Assembly: GCA_000934665.2 (NCBI GenBank)
Contig: JYFJ02001311.1
Coordinates: 1 to 64,000, forward strand
Length of the DNA: 64,000 nt
From: Catajapyx aquilonaris
Taxonomy: Eukaryota
Reading direction: 5' to 3'
Made by a program: the position numbers and the translations under genes. Below, one piece after another: positions 1 to 10,300 of the stretch; the stretch's first letter is position 1; each line of letters opens with the position of its first letter. The notes beneath the pieces are model-generated. The model was not told the origin of the DNA. It saw only the letters and a list, made by a program, of their open reading frames with translations, and did no database searches.

Positions 1-80
1 AATTGGCAACAATAAATATAAATAAAAATTTGCCGCAAGTCGCGCCGTTTGCCGCGCGACATTTTTTTTGTGAAATGGCC

Positions 81-118
81 TTTATTCATGGTTACCATTT
101 TTGTAGTATGAATTTATT
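81..118 (-). terminator. Candidate polyadenylation signals (AATAAA x2) for the EcKL gene
   Basis: TTTATT on + at 81-86 and 113-118, about 130-170 nt downstream of the stop codon. Confidence 0.4.
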
Positions 119-250
119 ATGTATTCTTGAATGTGCTCCCAGTTACTGTTCCAAATGGTATGCTGAGCAATTATTGTGTGGAGTCATTTCTCACACAATC
201 GGAACCTATTTTCCTTGTATACTAGGCAATAAAATGTGTTGACTAATACC

Positions 251-983
251 TCATATAGCTCCTTTGTGATGGACCCAAAGTGTTATGTTGACCAGTCTAT
301 TAGTGAGCACAGGGTCATCGTAGAACAAGTTGGCACAAGTCATGCACCACAAGAGTCCGAAATACCATCCATAGGAGTCGAGATTAGCCATGAATTCTTC
401 TTTGGTCTGGGGTGGATCAACCTGAAGTTTGTGGCATCTCGCAATAAATGTATTCCAGTAAGCATCAAGAATATCCTGAAGATGGTTCTCGCGACAGTCG
501 TCATTAGTACTAGATAAGAAGAACATTGCCAGAGACATGAACGGATGCGTGTAGGCCAGCATTTGCCAGTCAACCAGCTTCATCTGCAAGGTGCCATCTG
601 CAATGGTCCGGAACATGAAGTTGTTGTTCCAAAAGTCAAGTTGGGTTAGCACCACTTGGTGTGGTGAGGATGTTTCCAACTCCTCAAGGCTTGTAACGAA
701 CTGCATTAAGGAGGAGGTTGCATGGGACAGCCTGTCCTTCAGTGCGAGAAGTGCGGGGTATTTGTCGTAGAGAGTCGCAAAACGTTGAAAGCCATCGTAA
801 GCTAAGGAGATGAGGGAGCTGCTCTGGTTACTCAAACTGAAAACGAACGGAAACTCTTCACGAACTGGTCTGGTCAGGGTAGACTGCAAGGCATATGAGG
901 CAGCATGAAGTCTGGCTATGGTTTTGGCAGCCAGAATCGAATGGGGCACATCCAAGCCTTGTTTTATGTCCACATTATCATAC
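251..983 (-). CDS. EcKL gene coding exon 2 (733 nt)
   Basis: Acceptor TTGCAG ends at 984; open frame to TGA at 251-253; contains the catalytic D-x4-N and DWQ motifs. Confidence 0.88.
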
Positions 984-1576
984 CTGCAATATGTCACAGC
1001 TTTTTAAGTCCAGTTGCACCTGATTTCAAACAGATTAAATTGAGATCATATGGCATGTGTAGTATGTACAGTGCATTGCTTGTAATGTAACTGACCATTA
1101 AAGATAATAATGTTAGGCAAAAAAAACCAAAGAAATATTTGTTACCCTTTTGGGCCTAGATCTTCAAGCAGCAGTAGAGATTTTCCTTGCAATTGATTAT
1201 AATCGCCATATATGTATTCGGGCACAGAGTGTCGCAGTTCAGAACTTCCTCTCGACTCTTCAAGCTGAATCATGCGGTGCAGCACCTCACGATATCCACA
1301 TATCTCTGTCACATTCATCTTGTTGTCGATGACAATTCCCTTCACCACTTCAACTGTTGGCAGTAGCTTTGCCACCAGCTGGAGTTTCTCACCATCATTG
1401 CCAACCACAGCTTCCACTTGAACCATGTTGCTGAGCCATCCCTTGCCCTCCTGGTATCCATCCTTCGTAACAATGCTCTTGATGCACAAGTCCTGGCCCC
1501 TTGAAATTTTGAGCACCTGTTGCAACCATTCAGCTGTTATGTCCGTAGCAGAGGCTGGGATACTATGAGCAGCCAT
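251..1576 (-). CDS. Ecdysteroid kinase-like (EcKL / choline-kinase-like CHK domain) phosphotransferase, 2 exons: join(1576..1146, 983..251), 387 aa
   Basis: Two track ORFs join through a phase-2 GT-AG intron at 984-1145 (AAAGG|GTAAC ... TTGCAG|GTAT), giving ...LLLEDLGPKGYDNVD.... Total 1164 nt, ending in TGA at 251-253. Family motifs: ITAEWLQQVL, LVAKL, E..Y (TEICGY), LLLEDL, ARLHAAS, LDFWNNNFMF, KLVDWQ. Confidence 0.88.
1146..1576 (-). CDS. EcKL gene coding exon 1 (431 nt)
   Basis: ATG at 1574-1576 in AAA ATG G context; donor GTAAC at 1145. Confidence 0.85.
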
Positions 1577-1953
1577 TTTAGGTGTCTGACCTACTTGTTA
1601 CTATTACTTGCAGCGTACAGTCGTACACCACCCAGGATATATGGATGTAGGCCACAATCAGCAATGTGTTTGCTTGTTAGTGTAGGATTGATTCCACCAG
1701 GTATGAGGAAATACCCGGACGTTGCATACTCAAGGTCCCACTTTTTTTTTTATCTCAAGGCTTTTGCATGTGTAGAGTCTATCGTGTGGAGTGTATCCAA
1801 TGAGAATGCATATATGTTGTGTTGAGTTTAATAACCTACAGTGATAAATGCCACTTATGTTGCATAATTAGACCTAGTGAACTAACCTTATCTTTCAATC
1901 AATATTATCATGGGGATAGAGTGCCTTCAACTTGACCATGACTTGTGTAATGT

Positions 1954-1966
1954 TGGTCACTGAACT
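1954..1966. promoter_or_regulatory. IR1 ecdysone-response-element-like palindrome (AGTTCAgTGACCA on -)
   Basis: TGGTCA-C-TGAACT on +; one mismatch to RGKTCAnTGAMCY; about 380 bp upstream of the EcKL ATG. Confidence 0.35.
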
Positions 1967-2447
1967 CCTCTTATACTAATCAGCTCACTGGCGCTAATTC
2001 CATTGCGATTTTGTAAGACGAATTTATCCCAGGTGATTTTGGCTACTTAATGGCTCCATTACAAAGATAAGCTGACTAATGACAATATTCTCACCCAGAC
2101 ATGCCTGTTCTAGAGAACATCCTGCTAGCTAGTCAGATTACCCGTCAAACATTATGGGTGTTGGTGGGATTCTTTTTTTTTTTTTAATATTCACACTAAA
2201 TGCACTCAAATATTATTGTAACAGAACTTACTTAACATCGCAATCAGCAGATAGACTCCAATCTTCTGCACTTCTGGGAACGATCCTGGCACCTGGACCT
2301 TTGTCACTCAAATGGCCAACCTGACACACTTTGTTTATCATACGTACGCCCGAATCAAAAAGCTCCATTTCATTAGGGCATTTTCGACACTGGACAATGC
2401 CACCATTAATAGCTATGTTGAAAAGATCTTGAGTAATAATAATAAGT

Positions 2448-2457
2448 TTTATTTATT
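2448..2457 (-). terminator. Candidate polyadenylation signal (overlapping AATAAATAAA) for paralog A
   Basis: TTTATTTATT on +, about 350 nt downstream of the stop codon. Confidence 0.45.
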
Positions 2458-2806
2458 CCCTGTTGGGCCCGATCTTGAGTATATATACTTGTATTTACCC
2501 ACCTTTAGCCTACGGCCCTATATACCAATACTCCATGGAGTGAATTTCTTGACAAGAGAGTGATGAGAAATGAAATGAAAGATCACCCATAAGGTTTAGA
2601 GACTTATTGTATTGTGTTAAGATACCACTTAACCGATTATTAATGTTATGTCAATTACACATGTTCTCCAATAAAAACGTAAACCATTTTATCCCTTTCC
2701 CAAAAGTCGCAGGCTATTTTTTAACACTTATATCACGAGCAACACCACAAATAACAGTTTATACCTAAGGTTCATACATCACACGAAACAAATTTAAAAA
2801 CCATCA

Positions 2807-4349
2807 TTAAACCAAGGTCTTGATGACTGGTGAGGACTGCCTCCTTGGCTTTGACGAAGAACCTGGTGGCATCAGCATTGAACTCTGCTGAGACTGCATG
2901 TTGTTAGTGTTGGACAAGCCTTCCACGCTCTTGGCCCCAAACTTCTCCATGGCTCTAGCAACAGCACCTACACATAAGCGATTCCATGGCTGAGCGAAGA
3001 AGGACAAATCCACATGGGCGCTTCCAGAACGTTGCCGTGGACCTGTTGGACTCGGACTTCTCGCTGTTTCTGACGTGTCTTCGCTGCTGCTGTTTCCGGA
3101 TGCTTCTTCTTCTGAAGAAAGAGACTCGGACCGTAAGAACAGCGGAGGAAGATGTTCCTCGTCTTCCCCTTCAGTGGATGGAGTCATTGGCGCTTCATCA
3201 TCAAGCGGTGCGGTCTGGATTGTTATGCACGGAATCAGTATGGTGGTCCCCTCCTCTGAATTGTTGTTCTCAACATCGGAGCCAGATTCGGTCGTTTCCT
3301 GGTTGACATCGCTTTCTTTGTTGTCCTCCTGGACTCGGGCGATAGTTTCTTGCGCTTTGAGTAGCTTTCTGAACGGCGACGGAGAACGTCGTGAATCTCC
3401 AAGAGGTGAGAAGCAATAACTTCTTTCCGGAGCCACAGCCACTGAATGCCGACGAGGATTGGCGTTGTTGGTGTTGGTGTTGGCGATGGAAGTGGTTTCA
3501 CACTGCTTGTTGAAGTTGAGGATGAGTTGTGCCACGCTTGGTTTTGGAGGAGGCGGCGCCTTGTTGTTCTGTGGCAGCTCAGTCGGGACGTGGTCTTCAT
3601 TCTCGTCCGATTCTGATGTGTCCATGGCTTCTACTGGGGGCGCTTCAGCTGCTGGTTTCTCCGGTTGCGGTGCTGGTTCTTCCTTCTTGTCCGAACTGGT
3701 GTCCTGTGACGACGACCCCCGGTTGAGCAGGGTCGGCTCGCTTTGACTCTTGCTCCAGAAGAACGGAAGCTTCCTGAAGTGAAGAGGCGACTTGGGCAGT
3801 CCATCCACCTTCTTGTCTTCTGCCTGCTCGCCCTCTGGCTCCTCCGGGAGAGGCGTGCATCTGGATGGCCCCAACAGAAGACACTCCAGTGAACCCTCTG
3901 GAACCATCGGAGAGGACAAATGGGACAGCCTCCAGCCGCCGTTAATGCTGCTGGCGCCATTTCTGGTGGCAGCCGGTATGGCCTCCTGCGACCTGGACAG
4001 CGACTTGAATGACCAGTACATATCTTCGGCTCCGTGATGGTGACGGTGACTCAGCAGCCTGTCCCTGGACCTGCTCAGGCTCATCTTCAGCTCCCAGAGA
4101 CGCTCCCTGGATTTGGACACGTTCTTCCGCAGCTCAGTTCCGGCCAGCCTCTCGCACAGAACTTCTCTGGACTTGGACAGGTTGGCTCTGAGGCTCATGG
4201 TGCTGTGGTGCAGATGCTTGATGCTCTGTCGACGCAGTGCTGGTGTTGGCTCTCCGGTCGGTGCCGACACCTGTCGAGCCAGAGGAACTGTCTTGGTGCA
4301 ACCAACTATCCATGGATGCTTCAGGCCTTGCTTGGCTGACAGTCGTGCC
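2807..4349 (-). CDS. Paralog A coding exon 6 (end of kinase domain plus ~500-aa low-complexity tail)
   Basis: CTTCACCAG|G GCA CGA CTG (RARLSAKQGLKHPW); long open frame to TAA at 2807-2809. Confidence 0.9.
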
Positions 4350-7300
4350 CTGGTGAAGACATATTTTGTCAATCACAATGCCAAAACATAGCTTGGTTGA
4401 ATGACCAAAAAGCAAAACTCAGGGACACAAACGGTTACAAGGAGTCAGGTTTCACTTTTTCGTTTGACTTTTCGGCTGATTAGGATCACCTGTACAGAAG
4501 GACCAATGACACCGGCTAGAAGGTCTTCCACTATACATTCCTGGTCACATCCGCATGCTACGGTCCAGATTCCCGATTTAAACAGGTAACGGTACAGCCA
4601 CAACATTAATCGGGTGTCCCAGACAACCTGACAGCCCATCAAACATAACAGTTTTCTAGTCTCTAGTTTTACATATACAGCAGTAGGTCACTTATGCAGC
4701 CGTAAAGTATTGCCCCAAACTGCAACGAGTAATTATGTTGAGACCAATGGCAGTAAAAGTTGTCAATTTGCTTTTTAGTGGACCGGAGTGCCCCATGCCT
4801 GTGCAGCTTCTTGTTTCAGTTAAAAGAAAGGAAGCTCCAAGCCCTGTCCTGATCCCAGCGCGATATCAGTCATGTCAAGCCTCTGCCTTTCTCGAGCCGA
4901 CAGAGGCACAATTAGTCAGCTGTCACCTTGGTGAGGTCGCTCACCTGGGCTCTCTGACGATGAGCCGGCGGATGAAATCTCGAGCCTCTTCAGACACGTC
5001 CTCGAACAGCTCCTCTGGGAAGTCTGGCAGCTCTGGGTTCTGACAAATGTTCCAGAAGGTCTCCTGGTCCGTGTCTCCAGCGAAGGGCGAGAATCCGGTC
5101 AGAAGGACGTATGTGACCACACCCACTGACCACATGTCGGCGGCCACCGTGATGGGCTCGAACTGGAGGACCTCCGGAGCTGAAAGGAAATTTTATTTAT
5201 TCATTACACATGTAGAAGAAAATGCACCCAGTGCTTGTTGATTAAGTAACTCAATAAATTTTCAAAATACTGTAATGTTAATTAAATCAATTTTAGTAAA
5301 TAATGCGAGGGAATGAAATATTAAGCAATAAATATAATTAAGCAAATAAAAATTAAGAAAAGAAATTTATCGATTAAAATAAATGAATAACTTGAAATAA
5401 ATTACTGGAAAATAAATATAGCCTATCAATTTAAATCAAATGATTAAAACACAATTAATGAATACCACTTTAAATTACTGCGGATTAAAATTTATGAAAA
5501 CACATATTTTGAAAGAAAAACTGCTGTCAATAATAAAAAAATCTCAGAAATTGCGTGTGCAATATATTTCAAGTGAATTTTATGTTTCGAGATGATTCAG
5601 AGAATAAGGACAAAAAAAATGCATCAAAATGTCTCTTACCGACATAATCAGGTGTGCCCAAAATCTCTCTGACCTCGGCTCCGTCCAGGATGACACGTGA
5701 TATTTCAAAATCGCAGAGTTTGACGTCGCAATTTGGGAATGGTCCCATCATCACCAAATTCTGGGGCTGCAAATTTGGCCTGTGATTAGTCGAGTGACCT
5801 TCTCAATTAAGGATGTTGCCTGTGACGCAAATGCGGACTCTTTTGCGAATTGCAAAAATGACGAAATGGCCATGCTGACCTTGACAGCTTCGGCCTTTTT
5901 TTTTGTATACTGTCGAGTGCCCAAATGTGGGCAACATCGCGGGTCACGGACTCCCAGGTGTGCAAAGATGCCCTTCCCTCAAAACGTGACATTGGCCACT
6001 TGGTTTACAGGATTGGGCCATTACCTGCCCTTTTTAAGCCCGCTTCCGAAGGCGGTTCTTGCATTTTGCACATCCACTACTTAAGGAAGATGCCGCGCAC
6101 ACAAAAAAATTGCATAGCATGAGGAAAAAAGACGCGGTCACCTTGCAAGGTCAGGGTCATGCTCTATCAGGATGTGAGTCAAATCAAGGTCATTTTTTTA
6201 AGAGTCGAAAATGTACCTGCAACGCCCAAGAAATCGTGTGCTGCGCACATCTTAGTGGTGGTCACAATCTTCCCGATTAACTACCTGCTATTTGCAAGCA
6301 GATGAGTATCACCTGACTGAAAATTACAGCCTTGTCACCTCTGGCGACAAGGGGAACCTGCTGTCTGCACCGCCTCATAAAACCGGATTTGAAATTGCGG
6401 ATTTGGTAGTAACTAGTAGGCTAATTTTTCCAGGAAAAATTTCCGCCGATTTTTATAGAGGTGCTAAAATAAATTGCGCTGCGCACCACACCCAGTGGTC
6501 TGATACCAAATTTGGGGCCTACCTTGATGTCCAGATGGGCAATCTTCTTGTCATGAATGTAAGCCAACCCTTCCAGCATCTGCTTCACAAAGTTGACCAC
6601 ATCTCGCTCGAACGGAACCATATCATCATCAATGATGCTCTGCAGATCACCACCACTCGCACTGAAACAACGCCGACATTAATTAATTACATTAATTATT
6701 ATTTGGGAAGTAATTAGGATGACTTACTATTCCATGACCAGAACCACGTCAGTTGGAGTCTCAAACACGTCCTGTAGTTTGACAATCTTTGGGGACGAGG
6801 ACACGAAGGAAAGAAGTGCTGCTTCGTGCAGAAGTTCAGCTGTACAGTCCGAGCCGTACCGAAGTCTGCTTGCAAATTTGGCTGCATACACCTCACCTGT
6901 CTGCCTGTGTCGGACACGCTTCACCGTCGCAAACAGTCCGCTGTACACACACACAAAAAAACGTGTCATCTCCATATCCAGTTTTCCTTGTGTAACTCAA
7001 ACTCGGTTTCCTTTTGTGTAAACGCTAACGAGGCTTTTTATCTACGTCGCGGAAGACAGTGCTCGGTGAGAAATGGACGTCCGGGTGCTGCCCAATGTCA
7101 ACTACTGCCTAAACATTTCCCCCAACTTTATGTGTATTCTATCAGAAAGGCGAGGTCACTCCATGACTAGCTGATACCTCGGAAGTTGGCTGCTAATGAG
7201 GATTTATGAGCGATTTTTAAGAGCAAGCTGACTTAATAGTTGGTCACTAACCTACTGCCCCTGCCATATACATTGTGAGTTGATTTGGAGGCATTTCCCA

Positions 7301-10300
7301 CGCCGTGTCACACATACGACCAAAAGGAGCAGGGTGTTGTGACAACTCGACCTTCCGAAAGACTTGCATGGCCGGTACGGTTTTTATCAAACGATGCACG
7401 CCCATTTGTTATTTTGATTTGTGATTCGTTCCGTGCTGATTTGTGTGTTTACTAAGGCTGAACAACAACACCTAGCCTAAGTGCCGGAAGTACAGCCATC
7501 ACCAAAAGGATACCCCCGGTATAATTATGATGTGTATGAAATATTGCTGATGCGTAGATATCACCATATAAAATATTTTAGGAGGCATAAAATGCGTCAT
7601 GTGCTAATATAAATAATGTGATGCCCTTGCAAATTAAGGACGAGAGGAAGCAGGAAGCTCGTCATAAACATGATTTCAGTTCTCATTGCACATTTTAATT
7701 CATCCAAGCCCCAGTGTCATTTACGACCGTCCTCATGGGAAAAATTCGATGCGAAATAGTTGACAACTCGCCTTGACGCCTTCCCATGTTCGGAACAAAT
7801 TGCCTTGTCAACCCTCCTTGGACCATCGTCGAAGTGTCCGATCCACATTTCTTAAACAACAGGTAATTAACCTAATGACAGTGTGACTCGTCCGTTTTGC
7901 CCTCATTGAGGTGATTAATTATAATAATAAAAAAACAAGGTGCCGCAATAGGGTTAAAGCCCTCTATTCCCCGTGACCCACATTAAGTACATGGAATTAT
8001 TATTCTTTAAATCCTGGCGACCTTGCGTTAATGACTTGCGCGCCTTGTGCTTCCGAAATCTTACCTCAAGGCGACATTACCTAGAAGCAGAATATGTATA
8101 GGGGGAGAAAAAAAACAGAGGAACTAAAATGGCGCCAGCTTTTAGCATGCCATATTTGGAAGCAGTTTGACTCGTTAATTCCTCTGGTTAAGTTCAAGGC
8201 TTTGCGGAAGGAATTACCCCCAGCATTGAGGGACGAAGTGCCAGTTTGCAATATTAAAAGTTGGCGGAATTACATCCATCACGTCTTTACGGCATCCGGA
8301 AGGTTACTTTGCAACATTCTGTGCACTAACAGTAAGAGGTGTGACCTGCCAAGTCTAAACTAAAAAGTGGGCGTGATCTGGAACAATGACATTTCGTCAA
8401 GGGTGTGTTAGAATCCTGTCTGGCTCTCTTGTCGACATAGTTGTAAAATCAAACGGTGCGTGATTCGTACGTCAATATTGTGAGCCCAACACATTTCATA
8501 AAATCATGTTACGACCATTGTATACACGTGCTTACTTCGTGCGGTACAGTACGTCGATCACAAGCCGGATTTATGCAAATAATTTTATACAAAAATCTCT
8601 GTGTTTATGCGCAGAAGCCTATAGTGTTAGGCAATTTATTAAGCACCAAAACGAGCTGGTTGGATTAAAGGCTGTCGGTCAAAATAGCCCTAATTTCCAT
8701 TCCTTCATCTTCCCTAGGGAGTGGCCCGACGCCAGCTCTCTCAAGAAGATATGCCCATGGGCAATATTTGTCACCGCGGATTTTTCAAGGCCTCGAAACA
8801 CTTCGCACAGCACAAGATGGACAAGAAGGCGTGCAATTTGCATATTACACGAGCACACTGCAAACAAATTTTTACCTGCGAAACACCAAGTGCCACGAGC
8901 AGAAAATTAGGTGCGACTATACCTAGCCCATTAGCTAATCGCCAGGAATCGAATCAAAGTGTGAAGACAACTCGCAATAAAGCTGTCATGCAACTGTCAG
9001 CATGTGTACAGGCTGAGTCATCACCACCTTTTTTTTTTGCAATTGAGTGATGGCTGGACTATCAAGTTAGATATTTTTTGGCGCGACAAGGTGAAACACT
9101 TGACGATTACCTCACATCCAAGCGTAAGATCTCGAATTGTTTTTTTTTTTTTTTTTCAACATAGGATTCCACCCTTGGGCTGGGATATTTGCCAGGTACT
9201 TGCTGGTTTGCTTCTTTTGTGAACCGAGTGCGAGACTAATTCCTCTGGAGATTGTTTATTGCAGATAACCCACTGCGCAAGTTTGTCTTACGCTCAGAAC
9301 CTGGTTCCTTTCTTGGGATGCATAAATTTTGAAGGAGAACCGACGCTTTTCAAATTATTGCGGCTATATTTTATGGGAGGGAAACAGCGAAGAAAGAGGC
9401 AATTTGGTGCATGTAATTGAATGGCGGCGTTTGTTTATCCCGCGTGACTGCAAATGATACATGGTTCTAGGGCAGTTATAGTAATATTTATGTCTTCATA
9501 ATCCTGGGAGTAAAACGTGTCTTTTTCCGTCATGTTTATAGCATGAAATCAAACGTGAGGATTATTTAACATTACGAAACGCTGCCACGTAATTATTCAG
9601 ATGGTCATGGGCACGCTGCAACCCAAACAATAAAGTGCCAAACAGATAACACCAGACAGTCATTTATGCTCTCTTATCAGCCTCTCTGAGAATGGGTTCT
9701 CTTTATCATTCGGGGGCGCCCAGTAGTTACCACTATCATGACCGCATCAGGATCCTGCCACGAGGCCAAACTGGGGCTCGAAACCCTCTCGATGTCGTCA
9801 TCCTTTCTTCAAATCGTCTCCAAGAGAATGAAATGAGCCACATGGTCATATCTGGTCAAAGCACTATTACATGTGGTGAACGTGACCTCTTACACGAGGC
9901 AAAGATGCGCAGAAATTCTCTGGAAGGTCAGACCATTCATCCCAGAAACTTTGTGGGAGGTACAAAGAACTACGTTGTACTCTACCCCAAGTCAGAGTGA
10001 CAAAGAAATCCTCTTTTGGCGACCCCCGCCGAAGTGTCTCCATTCAAGGCGATGGGTCAAGTGCAGCATCACTGCCCTTGAACCACATCCTATCCATCAA
10101 AGACGGGGTGTGGATCTGTTAACACTTATCTTTCCAGTACGAACCTTCAATTTGTCATTTCTTATAACTCCCAATATGGTCACCAATGTTGAACAACAAT
10201 GGTCCATCTCAGAGAATATAGATAGAATCTTGCAAATTACATGGTGTGGGAAGGCCGGCCCCACAGGTGAATTGGAGTAAAATTATACGCACCCATCCCT

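Noticed and set aside
251..1576. Recent horizontal transfer of the EcKL gene from bacteria (its N-terminus resembles APH-like phosphotransferases)
   Set aside because: It has a spliceosomal intron, and EcKL genes are a native, expanded arthropod family; only a phylogeny could revive this idea.
4350..4372. Track start MTKYVFT of the 521-aa ORF (likewise MFIIV... at 23445-23518 and MTYC at 984-997)
   Set aside because: These are intronic extensions upstream of splice acceptors, not true N-termini.
2986..4391. Several 60-120 aa ORFs overlapping paralog A's last exon on the + strand or in other frames
   Set aside because: Shadow ORFs of a GC-rich coding exon; no motifs or independent splice structure.
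5240..5560. Extremely AT-rich stretch in intron 4 of paralog A
   Set aside because: Low-complexity intronic DNA with no terminal repeats or regular periodicity that I could see.
7504..7513. U12-type donor GTATCCTTTT on the minus strand
   Set aside because: No exon upstream and no matching U12 branch point; the gene model is complete with U2 introns.
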